From: Malacoraja senta
Lineage: Eukaryota
Assembly: GCA_038087875.1 (NCBI GenBank)
Contig: CM075978.1
Coordinates: 102,548,001-102,612,000, forward strand
DNA: 64,000 nucleotides
Reading direction: 5' to 3'
In this document: positions 1 through 13,560 of the stretch, piece by piece
Layout: each line of letters opens with the position of its first letter
Numbering within the stretch: position 1 is the first letter of the stretch
The notes under the pieces: model-generated
Databases searched by the model: none
What the model was told of the DNA's origin: nothing
The model's input: only the letters and a program-made list of their open reading frames with translations
Program-made: the position numbers and the translations under genes

Positions 1-1882
1 GCTGGAGTAGGCCATTTGGCCCTTCGAGCCAGCACCACCATTCAATGTGATCATGGCTGATCATTCCCAATCAGTACCCTGTTCCTGCCTTCTCCCCATA
101 TCCCCTGACTCCGCTATCTTTAAGAGCCCTATCTAGCTCTCTCTTGAAAGTATCCAGAGAACCGGCCTCCACCGCCCTCTGAGGCAGAGAATTCCACAGA
201 CTCACAATTCTCTGTGAGAAAAAGTGTTTCCTTGTCTCTGTTCTAAATGGCTTACCCCTTATTCTTAAACTGTGGCCCCCGGTTCTGGACTCCCCCAACA
301 TCGGGAACATGTTTCCTGCCTCTAGCGTGTCCAAACCCTAAACAATCTTATATGTTTCAATAAGATACCCTCTCATCCTTCTAAACTCAAGTGTACAAGC
401 CCAGCTGCTCCATTCTCTCAGCATATGACAGTCCCGCCATCCTGGGAATTAACCTTGTAAACCTACGCTGCACTCCCTCAATAACAAGAATGTCCTTCCT
501 CAAATTAGGGGACCAAAACTGCACACAATATTCCAGGTGTGGTCTCACTAGGGCCCTGTACAACTGCAGAAGGACCTCTTTGCTCCTATACTCAACTCCT
601 CTTGTTATAAAGGCCAACATGTCATTCGCTTTCTTCACTGCCTGCTGCACCTGCATGCTTATTTTCATAAACTGATGAACAAGGACCCCCCAGATCCCTT
701 TTCCCAACTTGATGCCATTTAGGTAGTAATCTGCCTTCCTGTTTTTGATACCAAAGTGGATAACCTCACATTTATCCACATTAAACTTCATCTGCCATGC
801 ATCTGCCCACTCCCCCACCCTGTCCAAGTCAACCTGCATTCTCATAGCATCCTCCCCACAGTTCACACTGCCACCCAGCTTTGTGTCATCTGCAAATTTG
901 CTAATGTTACTTTGAATCCCTTCATCTAAATCATTGATGTATATTGTAAATAGCTGCGGTTCCAGCACCGAGCCTTGCGGTACCCCACTAGTCACTGACT
1001 GCCATTCTGAAAGGGACCCGTTAATCCCTACTGTTTGTTTCCTGACTGCCAACCAATTTTCTATCCATGTCAGCACTCTACCCCTAATACCATGTGCCCT
1101 AATTTTGCCCACTAATCTCCTATGTGGGACCTTATCAAATGCTTTGTGAAAGTCCTGGTACACTACATCCACTTGTCTCCCTTGTCCATTTTCCTAGTTA
1201 CATACTCAAAAAATTCCAGAAGATTAGTCAAGCATGATTTCCGCTTTGTAAATCCATGCAGACTCAAACCGATCCTGTTACTGCTATCCTAATGTGCGGC
1301 TATTTCATCTTTTATAATTGACTCCAGCATCTTCCCCACCACTGATGTCAGGCTAACTGGTCTATAATTCCCTGTTTTCTCTCTCCCGCCTTTCTTAAAA
1401 AGTGGCATAACTTTAGCTACCCTCCAATCCACAGGAACTGATCGTGAGTCTATAGAATATTGGAAAATTATCACCAATGCATCCACGATTTCTAGAGCCA
1501 CTTCCTTAAGTACCCTGGGATGCAGACCATCAGGCCCTGCCGATTTATCAGCCTTCAGTCCCATCAGTCTACCCAAAACCATTTCCTGCCTAATGTGGAT
1601 TTCCTTCAGTTCCTCCGTCACCCCAGATCCTCTGGCCACTACTATATCAGGAAGATTGTTTGTGTCCTCCTTAGTGAAGACGGATCCAAAGTACCTGTTC
1701 AACTCATCTGCCATTTCCTTGTTCTCCATAATAAATTCACCTTTTTCGGTCTTCAAGGGTCCAACTTTGGTTTTAACTAATTTTTTCCTCTTCACATACC
1801 TAAAGAAGCTTTTACTATCCTCCTTTATATTCTTGGCTAGCTTACCTTAATACCTCATCTTTTCTCCCTGTATTGTCTTTTT
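1..1882 (-). mobile_element. CR1-clade LINE, 5'-truncated ORF2 (RT) fragment with frameshifts; 3' end reaches the window edge
   Basis: Minus-strand ORFs 1289-1795, 387-1172 and 71-334 give consecutive CR1 RT pieces (KSAGPDGLHP, NYRPVSLTS, DFHKAFDKVPH, GVPQGSVL, FADDTKL, RPHLEYCVQFWSP). The CR1-type 3' UTR lies at 1-70. Confidence 0.93.
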
Positions 1883-3157
1883 GGACAAGCGATAAAGGTC
1901 TCTAAAATACTTAAGGATCATAGTATTTTATAGATAACTGTGAATGGGTAGAAGGAAGAGCCAAGTGAAGGTTACACCTCTAGAATTCAAAACAACATTT
2001 GTGCTATCTTTCTCAGCATTTGAGTTTGTCATATGCCTCTTTGTTGTGGTGACATATTTTTGGCTTGCTCCTCAGACCTGTGTTGTTCGCATTCTAAGAC
2101 ATTGGCTTTTGGCTGAAATGAAACATTATTTCCGTTAGTTAACCACATGCCTTAATTGTTTATTGCTTATAAAATAATATTTACAAAGAATATTTACAAA
2201 GGTGTACAATATAATAAAGCAGGACTTTTATATTACATTCTGCTTCCTATGATATATATAAAAGCATAATTCCAGATCATCTTAACAGCAAAGCATCATT
2301 TTTAGTGGCAAAAGACAAATAAAAAGTTTTTTGATTAATTCCTGTCCTCTTCGTAAAAATAATCTTCAAGGTCTTGTTTCTTCTGCCCAACTAAAGGTCG
2401 AACAGAAAAATATGGGAAGAGATTTTTGTCCTACCCTGCATACATGCACTTGTACATGCAAGATTGGAAACCTTAATAGGAAAGTTTTCTGACGGGATTC
2501 AATGTAAATACCGAAATTGCATGGAAAAGGGCAGTTTATGCAAATTACTATATTGTAATTAACTAAGTCGATATGATACTATCAAAAGAAATCAGTGAGA
2601 GAACAATTAGGTTATGGACTGTTTAGCGATTTAGTGGTTAAGATACTAGAAGGTACATGAACCCAAAGTGTTCCTTCCCACATCATACTGGAGCACATAT
2701 CTGCAATTACTTCTTCATAAAAGAACAGACAACCACTCTGTGGAAGGTGGTAAATGAGATATAATTTCTCACACCTTGGGTGTCTAAATCAAACCAAGAT
2801 GCAAAGAAAAATAGATGCAACATCCCACGCGAAGGAATGGTGTTGTATCTGCAGTGTGAGGCAACCATGCAGATTCCTAATGTCCTATACTATCTGCAGG
2901 GTCCTCACTGACTTACACTCATACAAAAGAAGCTGGAAAGAAAATGTGCAGTTTTGAAGGCAAGTACTGACTGAAGTTGGAAGCCTGTAACACACTGTTT
3001 CATGTCATGCTGGTAACTGAAACAGCATCAGAAACCAAAACAGAAATGGCAGGAGTATTCAGCAGGTCACCTGAAGCAAAACAATTCCAGAGATGCTGCC
3101 CACCTGTTGGGTGTTTCTCATTTTCATTTTAGATCTCCAGCATCTTTCACTTCAAAG

Positions 3158-3252
3158 ATAGACAAAAATGCTGGAGAAACTCAGCGGGTGTGGCAGCATC
3201 TATGGAGAGAAGGAAATAGGCAACGTTTCGGGCCGAAACCCTTCTTCAGACG
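3158..3252 (-). mobile_element. Short Penelope-derived (pLTR) insertion with a minimal hammerhead motif
   Basis: Matches the 3' terminal region of the Penelope copies at 26420 and 32805. The minus strand reads gtCTGAAGAa-gggt-ttcg-gccc-GAAAcgtt. Confidence 0.75.
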
Positions 3253-4457
3253 GCAAAGAGTTGCACGATGCAAGATTCAATAACTCCAGCAATCACCATA
3301 GTTACTCACCTCTGGAGTGAATATTTTATATATCAAACGTGCTTTCCGCATTTCAGTTATTTGCAAATGTTTTTGCAGAAACCATATTAACTAATGCTGC
3401 AGATGTAATTAACCCCCTCACAACTCTTGTAGAGAGTTCTGACGTAGTTCTCATCAATCCAAATTCAGCTCCCAACAGGTGTCGTGCTTGTTCTCTCTCC
3501 CCGTTTCTATGCGATCTGTACCTCATGATGGACTGAAATGAGAAATGCTACTTCAACAGAGAAATAACTCAAGCCTGGCTCACTACTCACAAGATGAGTG
3601 TTCATATGTATAATCGTATGCAAGCACTGCAAGGCAACAACTCTGCTGCTGAGCCACCGTGCCGCACCGTCACCAGATGCAGGAGTCTTTACACGATGGC
3701 AAGGGGTAGTCTTTCTTTCCTGTCCAGTGTTTACTACTCGCCTCAAACTGCAATCTAGATAATAAAAACATTTCTCTTTGCCGTGCACTTTACAGATTTT
3801 TCCTCCTCAGACAAAAATCTTTTTCTGGCCTATGAAGGATGTACACTTTGGATAATGGCCCCAGAGACAGATAGTGCCCACCCAATAACATGGATGGATG
3901 CTTTCAGACGAGGAAATAAAAAAATCTGCAAACACACCAAATCTTCTCTGAAAGGTGCTTCATGACTGCATGGTATATACTGGCCTTTTAACATTCATAG
4001 GTTTCCTGTGCGTGGAATGAACAAATGAAGGAATGGATACGTTTCACAAATACAATATTTATGTAGTTATGAAATGCACCACATCTGGCAGGGCTGCCGC
4101 TGCTCTGCTCCACTGAACCACTACTCCATTCGTCCTGCCATATCAAATCTATTTAAGAACTTTCTCTTGGAATCCCACACTATAAATAAATTAATCAAAG
4201 CTGTATTTTCAAACTAACGCAGTTGGTAATCCCTGAAACATTCTATTGTTTTACCAACTGTGTCGATCTCTCACTGAATTATCTCAATGGTTGGGGTCTG
4301 TATCTGGCAACTGTTTTCCAATAAAGGCAGGCAGAACTTTCAACATTGTGTTGGAGAAGTTGTAAAAATAGTTCACAGGACTTTGGCTTATTTATTGTGG
4401 GAAGTGACTCCAGCATTTTTTGGAACCTCCGTAAAAAAGATAACCATCTTCTGGAAG

Positions 4458-4544
4458 AAGGGTCTCGACCCAAAACGTCGCCTATTCCTTTGCTCCATAG
4501 ATGCTGCCTCACCCGCTGAGTTTCTCCAGCATTTTTGTCTACCT
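4458..4544 (+). mobile_element. 87-bp Penelope-derived insertion with 15-bp target-site duplication
   Basis: accatcttctggaag is directly repeated at 4443-4457 and 4545-4559. The insert matches the Penelope terminal repeat. Confidence 0.8.
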
Positions 4545-5220
4545 ACCATCTTCTGGAAGTTCTGCCTTTAAGGCTGAAAAAATGTTACCTCACCACAACT
4601 ATCCCTCGTGTTCCATTGCAGTCGATGCATGGTATAGTTGTCAAGGTATAAAGACACCACCACAGTAAACTTCTGAGTTTAATTTAAGGATTAAGCCTGC
4701 GTGGAAAAGCTATGATTATTAATCAAATTTTTTTTCTGAGGAAATACTGAAGAAGAAAAAACAATAAAAGATCATTGAAGCCATGCTTGTAGTCCAGGAG
4801 GAAATTCTCTGGATGAAATTGAAAACAAGGCAGACACATTTTCAGAGAAGTAATATTTTACAAATTTTAATGATTTATGAAAATCAGTAGTTATATTTAT
4901 CTCAAGGAGAAAAACAGCTCAAGCGCAATAAGTGGTCATTTTCTATTTAAATCATGCCCATGCAGAATTTTACCTTAGTTCTTGGTTTTCCCCCCTCAAT
5001 ATTTATTCATTCGTGCACCGCACTTTGTTGCCCCAATCCATTATATGTTTCGTTCACAGGGTCGGTCGCAACCGAGTTTGGGGTCTAAAACTAGAAGGGA
5101 ATACAAGCCTCAGGAGTAGCCAAAAGGGAGGCTGGAATTCTCCAAAGTGGGAGCAGATCACATAGTAAAAGCACATTCCAGTACAAGAGTGATACTACAA
5201 TCATTTATGGTGTCATTTAG

Positions 5221-8175
5221 ATGATGCTCATCTACTTAGGGACTCAAATAGAGAAAGCTAGTGGAAAATGTGGGAGGCAGGAGGCAGAGAAGGGAAGCAC
5301 TCGGACCCAAAATGTAGGGGAGAAAGAAGAAAAAGATAATAAACAGAGAATAAGTGGTGGTGGGTTTCTTAAATGTGTATATTTTAATGCTAGGAGCATT
5401 GTAAGAAAGGTGGATGAGCTTAGAGCCTGGATTGACACCTGGAAGTATGATGTTGTGGCGATCAGTGAAACATGGTTGCAGGAGGGCTGTGATTGGCAAA
5501 TAAATATTCCAGGATTTCGTTGCTTCAGGGGTGATAGAATTGGAGGGGCAAGAGGTGGGGGTGTTGCATTGCTTGTCAAGGAAGATATTACAGCAGTGCT
5601 TTGGCAGGATAGATTAGAGGGCTCGTCTAGGGAGGCTATTTGGGTGGAACTGAGAAATGGGAAAGGTGTAGCAACACTTATAGGGGTGTATTATAGACCG
5701 CCAAATGGGGAGCGAGAATTGGAAGAGCAAATATGTAAGGAGATAGCAGATATTAGTAGTAAGCACACGGTAGTGATTGTGGGAGATTTCAATTTTCCAC
5801 ACATAGACTGGGAAACACATTCTGTAAAAGGGCTGGATGGTTTGGAGTTTGTAAAATGTGTGCAAGATAGTTTTTTGCAGCAATACATAGAGGTACCTAC
5901 TAGAGAAGGGGCAGTGCTGGACCTCCTGTTAGGAAATGAGACAGGGCAGGTGGCGGAGGTATGCGTCGGGGAGCACTTCGGGTCCAGTGATCACAATACC
6001 ATTAGTTTCAATATAATTATGGAGAGGGTCAGAACTGGACCTAGGGTTGAGATTTTTGTTTGGAGAAAGGCTAACTTTGAGGAGATGCGAAAGGATTTAA
6101 AAGGAGTGAATTGGGACATGTTGTTTTATGGGAAGGATGTAGAAGAAAAATGGAGGACATTTAAGGGTGAAATTTTAAGAGTACAGAATCTTTATGTCCC
6201 TGTTCGGTTGAAAGGAAATAGTAAAAAATGGAAAGAGCCATGGTTTTCAAGGGAAATTGGACACTTGGTTCGGAAAAAGAGAGAGATCTACAATTTTTAT
6301 AGGCAGCATGGAGTAAATGAGGTGCTTGAGGAGTATAAATAATGTAAAAAGAATATTAAGAAATAAATTAGAAAAGCTAAAAGAAGATATGAGGTTGCTT
6401 TGGCAAGTAAGGTGAAAGTAAATCCAAAGGGTTTCTACAGCTATATTAATAGCAAAAGGATAACAAGGAATAAAATCGGTCCATTAGAGAGTCAGAGTGG
6501 ACAGCTATCTGCAGAGCCAAAAGAGATGGGGGAGATATTGAACAATTTCTTTTCTTCGGTATTCACGAAGGAGAAGGATATGGAATTATGTGAGGTAAGG
6601 GAAACGAGCAGAGTAGCAATGGAAACTGTGAGATTCAAAGAAGAGGAGGTGTGGACACTTTTTAAAAATATGAAAACGGATAAGTCTCCAGGTCCTGACA
6701 GGATATTCCCTAGGACATTGAGGGAAGTTAGTGTAGAAATAGCAGGGGCTATGACAGAAATATTTCAAATGTCATTAGAAACGGGAATAGTGCCGGAGGA
6801 TTGGCGTACTGCGCATGTTGTTCCGTTGTTTAAAAAGGGTTCGAAGAGTAAACCTAGCAATTATAGACCTGTTAGTTTGATGTCAGTGGTGGGCAAATTA
6901 ATGGAAAGGATACTTAAAGATAATATATATAAGCATCTGGATAAGCAGGGTCTGATTAGGAACAGTCAACATGGATTTGTGCCTGGAAGGTCATGCTTGA
7001 CTAATCTTCTTGAATTTTTCGAAGAGGTTACTAGGGAAATTGATGAGGGTAAAGCAGTGGATGTTGTCTATATGGACTTCAGTAAGGCCTTTGACAAGGT
7101 TCCTCATGGAAGGTTGGTTAAGAAGATTCAATTGTTGGGTATTAATGGTGGAGTAGCAAGATGGATTCAACAGTGGCTGAATGGGAGATGCCAGAGAGTA
7201 ATGGTGGATGGCTGTTTGTCAGGTTGGAGGCCGGTGACGAGTGGGGTGCCTCAGGGGTCTGTGTTGGGTCCACTGTTGTTTGTCATCTACATCAATGATC
7301 TGGATGAAGGTGTGGAAAATTGGATTAGTAAGTATGCAGATGATACTAAGATAGGTGGTGTTGTGGATAATGAAGTAGATTTTCAAAGTCTACAGAGAGA
7401 TTTAGGCCATTTGGAAGAGTGGGCTGAAAGATGGCAGATGGAGTTTAATGCTGACAAATGTGAGGTGCTACATCTCGGCAGGACAAATCAAAATAGGACG
7501 TACACGGTAAATGGTAGCGAATTGAGGAATGCAGTTGAACAGAGGGATCTAGGAATAACTGTGCATAGTTCCCTGAAGGTGGAATCTCATGTAGATAGGG
7601 TGGTAAAGAAAGCTTTTGGTGTGCTGGCCTTTATAAATCAGAGCATTGAATATAGAAGTTGGGATGTAATGTTAAAATTGTACAATGCATTGGTGAGGCC
7701 AATTCTGGAGTATGGAGTACAATTTTGGTCGCCTAATTATAGGAAGGATGTCAACAAAATAGAGAGAGTACAGAGGAGATTTACTAGAATGCTGCCTGGG
7801 TTTCAGCAACTAAGTTACAGAGAAAGGTTGAACAAGTTAGGTCTTTATTCTTTGGAGCGCAGAAGGTTAAGAGGGGACTTGATAGAGGTCTTTAAAATTA
7901 TGAGCGGGTTAGACAGAGTGGACGTGGATAAGCTTTTCCCATTGAGAGTAGGGAAGATTCAAACAAGGGGACATGACTTGAGAATTAAGGGACAGAAGTT
8001 TAGGGGGAACATTTGGGGGAACTTCTTTACTCAGAGAGTGGTAGCTGTGTGGAATGAGCTTCCAGTGGAAGTGGTGGAGGCAGGTTCGATGTTATCCTTT
8101 AAAAATAGATTGGATGGGTATATGGACGGGAAAGGAATGGAGGGTTATGGTCTGAGTGCAGGTAGATGGGACTAG
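5221..8175 (+). pseudogene. CR1 ORF2 (endonuclease-reverse transcriptase) interrupted only by two in-frame TAA stops (6340-6342, 6364-6366)
   Basis: Both ORFs share frame 1. The linker reads EEYK*CKKNIKK*IRKAKRRYEVALASKVK. Confidence 0.9.
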
Positions 8176-8280
8176 GAGGAAGTATTTATTTTTAATTTAA
8201 AAAAAAAATGTTCGGCACGGACTTGAAGGGCCGAGATGGCCTGTTTCCATGCTGTTATGGTTATATGGTTATATGGTTAT
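5244..8280 (+). mobile_element. Young CR1-clade LINE with near-complete ORF2 (APE endonuclease + RT) and (gttatatg)n-like tail
   Basis: ORF 5221-6342 has APE motifs (YFNARSI, ISETWL, GVYYRPP, GDFNFP, SDHN). ORF 6400-8175 is in the same frame with RT motifs (DFSKAFDKVPH, GVPQGSVLGP, YADDTK). The tandem tail is at 8254-8280. Confidence 0.95.
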
Positions 8281-9464
8281 AGACAATAGACAAAAGGTGC
8301 AGAAGTAGGATATTCGGCTCTTCGAGCCAGCACCGCCATTCACTGTGATCATGGCTGATCATCTACAATTAGTACCCCGTTCCAGCCTTCTCCCCATATC
8401 CCTTGACTCCGCTATCTTTAAGAGCTCTATCAAACTCTCTCTTGAAAGCATCCAGAGAATTGGCCTCCACTGCCTTCTGAGGCAGAGAATTCCACAGATT
8501 CAGAACTCTCTGGCTGAAAAAGTTTTCCTCATCTCCGTTCTAAATGGCCTACCCCTTATTCTTCAACCGTGGCCCCTGGTTCTGGACTCCCCCAACATCA
8601 GGAACATATTTCCTACCTCCAGCGTGTCTAATCCCTTAATAATCTTATATGTTTCATTAAGATACCCCCTCATCCTTCTAAATTCCAGTGTATACAAGCC
8701 CAGTCACTCCATTCTTTCAACATACGACAGTCCCGCCATCCCGGGAATTAACCTCGTGAACCTACGCTGCACTCCCTCAATAGCAAGAATGTCCTTCCTC
8801 AAATTTGGAGACCAAAACTGCACACAATACTCCAGGTGTGGTCTCACTAGGGCCCTGTACAACTGCAGAAGGACCTCTTTGCTCCTATACTCAACTCCTC
8901 TTGTTATGAAGGCTAACATGCCATTAGCTTTCTTCATTGCCTGCTGTACCTGCATGCTTACTTTCAGTGACTGATGAACAAGGACGCCTAGATCTCGTTG
9001 TACTTCCCTTTTTCCTCAGTTGACACCATTCAGATAATAATCTGTCTTCCTGTTCTTGCTACCAAAGTGGATAACCTCACATTTATCCACATTAAACTGC
9101 ATCTGCCATGCACTCAACCTGTCCAAGTCACCCTGCATCCTCATAGTATCATCCTCACAGTTCACACTGCCACCCAGCTTTGTGTCATCTGCAAATTTGC
9201 TAATGTTACTCTTAATCCCTTCATCTAAATTATTAATATATATTGTAAATAGCTGAGGTCCCAGCACCGAGCCTTGCAGTACCCCACTAGTCACTGCCTG
9301 CCATTCCGAAAAGGACCTGCTAATCCCTACTCTTTGTTTCCTGTCTGCCAACCAATTTTCTATCCATGTCAGTACCCTACCCCCAATACCATGTGCTCTA
9401 ATTTTGCCCACCAATCTCCTATGTGGGAAGCTTATCAAAGGCTTTCTGAAAGTCCAGGTACACT
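8281..9464 (-). mobile_element. CR1 LINE 3' fragment, tail-to-tail with the preceding CR1
   Basis: ORFs 9016-9438 and 8704-8955 give RT C-terminal motifs. Same subfamily as 1-1882, with an (attgtct)n-type tail at 8281. Confidence 0.92.
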
Positions 9465-11469
9465 AAGTATACTTGGTTGGAAAGAAACGCAAGCTGGGAT
9501 AAGGCAAATTCCTCAGCTATTTTTTCGTGTAGTGCTTTGAGATATTTTACATTATCTGGAAATGGACAGATATTTAGCATCTATGTAAATTGGCACCTCA
9601 CAACATGGCACACTAAAGTAGCATATAACAGAAATTGTGAGTTCAAGTTTCAGGCGCAAACATGAACTCACAACCTGCTGAAATAAGAATGCATCTGCTG
9701 AGCCAACAGTGTCAAAAAAGCTTTGTCTGCCTGTACGAGCAGGCTGCAATTTGCTGTACATTTCTGTGCACCATAACACCGTACTTACCCCTCATCTTGC
9801 ATTCAGAAGCACAGAGCTCTCATATGCTTATGCAACTCTCAGCTTCTACACACATTACTATAAATCACCAAGCGTTAAGTTATAGTTCATGTTTTGCAAG
9901 TTTGGGATTTATGTTGATGAAAATAGAACATGACGTGGCTACAAAAAGGAATGAAATGATTGCAGAGAAATCAAGTTAAAATATTTGTGAAACTTAGTTA
10001 TTTTGCCTGAATGAATAGAGATCAACTATTGCCTCTATTTGGACAGTTAGGGATGAGAGGTTGTAAATAAAACATTATTATTAAGCACAAAAATAAAAGA
10101 TTTTGATGCAGAAAGTTGTTGGAGCATGAAACACTTTGCCACAAGGAGCGAGGTAGAGACTGCAGCACAAAGACTACTATTAAAGGAAAATTGAATATAT
10201 ATATATTTTAAACAGAATCTACAAGGCTGTGTATAAAGCACAAAACAATGCTATTACTGTTGGATTGCTCCAGTAAAATGTCATTACAGGGAGCATGGGC
10301 TCAATAGTTTCTGCTATTAAATGGTACATCCAGTTCACAACATTGTTGCGATCTCATGCCAAAACAAAATTCTAAGAACCAACTTTCCTCCCTCCAACAG
10401 GCAACCCTTAAATTGTTTGAAAGTAATTTATAGCAGAGCCCAGGCCTGCTCGCTCCCTGTATTGATCTTTGTCATTCCCACAACTTACCAAACACATTGT
10501 GTATTCATAAAGTACTATAATGTATGTGTGAAAACTGATTGCTCTGCATCCACTGACTTTCTGAATAGACATAAAACGTTGGCCAGAAATCAAATTACAT
10601 CTTTCTACAACTGCAATGCTCCCATCTCAGAAAATTGTTGGCATCCACTTTTGTTTTTTGTCCTCAGGTCCAACTTTCTCTCTTTATCTATTCCCTCTTT
10701 AGAGGATAGAAGAAAGGTTTTCCTTGTGGAAGGAGTGCTGCCGAATTTTCAAGTTGCGGTTGAGTGGTAATTGTTGGGGACAATGGAAGTTTTGCTACAG
10801 TGGGTGACTTGATGGTGTACAGTCATGGACACACAGAAACAAGCCAAATGTCTTGTGAAAGTGCGAAGTTTAGAGTTGCAACAAGTTATGAAAAAAGTGC
10901 TGGGATGAGAAAAAGTACACATCTTCCATATCTAAATCCCAACAACAGAACTATAATACAAAATAGAAAGCTTTTGCCAATAACAATAAAAGTTTCATTT
11001 CTTAATCATAAAAGATGTGTAAAGACAACTGTATGTCTGCAAATCTTAATAGATATTGTTCCATAGTAATATGAAAGGCATAAGTTTGCCCATCTGCAGT
11101 TATGAGGAGTAACAACTTTTGGATTCTTCAATCATTGTCAGAATGTGGGAAAATGTACAGACACCTCCATTCACACAATTCCAAGCATCACCATAAAAAC
11201 TAATCATTTCAAATGACATAAAACTGCTTTAACAATCATGCAATTAAGACCTCTGTATTGAAAAATAGTAAAGTCCCTTGCAAGCAACAAGTAAAGTCAA
11301 TCTGGTATCTATTTGCATCTCTTGAGTGATGGCAAATGACAAGATAAATGTACTGCATTAATAATAATCTAAACAAGACCGCTGAACAGATTAGTTTATT
11401 TACTTAAATTGTGCATAGGGCCAGTTTCCCCTTTGGCTTTATTAAAAACATTGAAGTGAAGTTCTGCAC

Positions 11470-11650
11470 ACTTGCACGAGAAGAAAAATAGTATCTATAG
11501 GAGAGGCAAGGAGAAATCGAAGGATGAGCTGGATGAGAAAGGCACCAAGAGAAAACAAGGAGCAACAAAACTTCCATCTTTGCAGTGCAGTGCCTTCATC
11601 TGCAGCACATGTGGTAGAGATGGCCATGCCAAAGGAGTCCCAAGCCAAAT
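11470..11650 (+). mobile_element. Possible degenerate RTE-clade LINE 3' end
   Basis: Translation ...SAFICSTCGRDGHAK resembles the C-terminal CxxC motif of RTE ORFs. Confidence 0.35.
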
Positions 11651-11699
11651 CACACAAAGTACAAATGTAATAAAAAGGAAATGCTGGTTTATACCGAAG

Positions 11700-11834
11700 A
11701 TAGACATAAAATGCAGGAGTAACTCAACAGGTCAGACAGCACCTCTGGAGAATATGGCTAGGTGATGTTTCGGGTCCATGTTCTCCAGAGATGCTGCCTG
11801 ACCCCCTGAGTTAGTCCAGTATTTTGTGTCCATC
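11700..11834. mobile_element. Degenerate palindromic pair of Penelope terminal-repeat fragments
   Basis: tagacataaaatgcaggagtaactca... and ...tgagttagtccagtattttgtgtcca are inverted arms, with the same architecture as 25020-25249. Confidence 0.65.
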
Positions 11835-12149
11835 GCAGGCAATGTACAACATATTCTTACAGTCTTGGGTATGATCATACTCAGGTATAGTAAGATTTTA
11901 CTAAATTATATGCAAAAAAACAACATTCACTGTACCTAGGTACATGCGACAATAAAGCACCATTGAGTGAACCACTACCGTGTTTAGTGTCACAAAGCTA
12001 CTACCAACAGCGGCCAGTTCAAGTTGTAATCAGTTTCCTGATAGAAGTAAATACAGATGACAGTGTTTACTGAAACAGACTTCAGCAAAAGCTTTGAAAG
12101 AGCAGACACATCTTTAATACTGCCAACTTTGAAAGCATACATGGTTCCT

Positions 12150-13389
12150 TCAGAGGGGTGAACCCTCGGAAAGCGCCTGGACGTGATGGTATACCCGGTC
12201 GAGTTCTCAAAACCTGTGCAGATCAACTGGCTGGAGATTTTGTGGACATTTTCAACCTCTCACTACTGAGGTCTGAGGTGCCCACCTGCTTTAAGAGGGC
12301 ATCAGTAATACCAGTGCCCAAGAAGAGTAAGGCGACGTGCCTCAACGACTATCGACCAGTGGCACTAACGTCTGTGGCGATGAAGTGATTTGAGAGGTTG
12401 GTTATGGTGCACATCAACTCCTACCTCGACAAGAACCTCAACCAACTACAGTTCGCCTACCGCCACAACAGGTCAACGGTGGATGCAATTTCACTGGCTC
12501 TCCACTCCGCACTGGACCACTTGGATAATAAGGCTGTTGTTTATTGACTACAGCTCGGCGTTCAATATCATTATCCCCTCCAAGCTGGTTACCAAGCTTC
12601 CGGATCTGGGTCTGTGCACATCCCTCTGCAATTGGATCCTCGACTTCCTCATCCACAGACCACAGCCTGTTCGAATTGGCAGAAATACTTCACCCTCATT
12701 AACAATCAGTATGGGAGCACCTCAAGGTTGCGTGCTCAGCCCCCTGCTCTACTCACTCGATATTCATGACTGTGTAGCCGGACATGGTGCAAACCCCATC
12801 GTCAAGTTCGCTGACCACACTACCGTTGTGGGATGATGGTGGAGAGAGTCTAAAACTTCAAATTCCTGGGCGTGCATAATTCCGAAGATCTTTCTTGGTC
12901 CCAGCATACTGATGCAATTATAAGGAAAGCACATCAGCGCCTCTACTTCCTGTGAAGGTTACGGAGATTTGGTATGTCAAAGATGATTCTCTTGAACTTC
13001 TACAGGTGCATAGTAGAGAGCATATTGACTGGTTGCATCATTGTCTGGTTCTGTAACTTGAACGTCCGGGAGCGGAAAATACTGCAAAAAGTTGTGAACA
13101 CTGCCCAGTCCATCAGCGGCTCTGAACTCCCCACCATCGAAGGGATGTATTGGAGTCGCTGCCTCAAAAAGGCAGCCAACAAAGGCAGAGACTCACACTA
13201 TCCTGACCTCACACTCATTTCACCCCTGCCATCGGGAAGATACAGGTGCCTGAACACTGTAATGTCCAGGTACAGCTTCTTCCCTGCAGCCATCAGGTTA
13301 TTAAACACTACAACCTCATATAGGCTCTGAATTACAATCGACTATTATTATTATTATTGCAGTTTTGTGTGTGTGTGTGTGTGTGTATA
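12150..13389 (+). mobile_element. Rex1/Babar-like LINE, 5'-truncated, frameshifted RT, ending in (TG)n
   Basis: ORFs 12158-12388, 12390-12836 and 12974-13330 show [56 protein letters not shown] and SFFPAAIRLLN. Confidence 0.9.
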
Positions 13390-13560
13390 TCTATATTACT
13401 AAAAGTAAGATCTTGACCACTTCCTGTTTTTCTATCATGATTTTTGAAAAAACGCTGCCACTTACGCCTGTGCAGGACAAGAGGATTTTTCCCATCGATG
13501 AAAAATAAAAGAGTTATTAATGTTTCAAAAATGTTGACATTCTCTCTGCTGCCCCTGCTG

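Noticed and set aside
3310-3532. Exon-like minus-strand segment (ttcag|...GAG|gtgagt), considered as a neighbouring gene such as POF1B
   Set aside because: The longest frame I read stops internally and resembles no protein I recognise. It could be a non-coding exon but cannot be supported.
8345-8974. 209-aa plus-strand ORF, and similar ORFs at 391-675, 26830-27222, 33233-33703 and 33806-34270
   Set aside because: These are antisense frames of CR1 or Penelope coding sequence.
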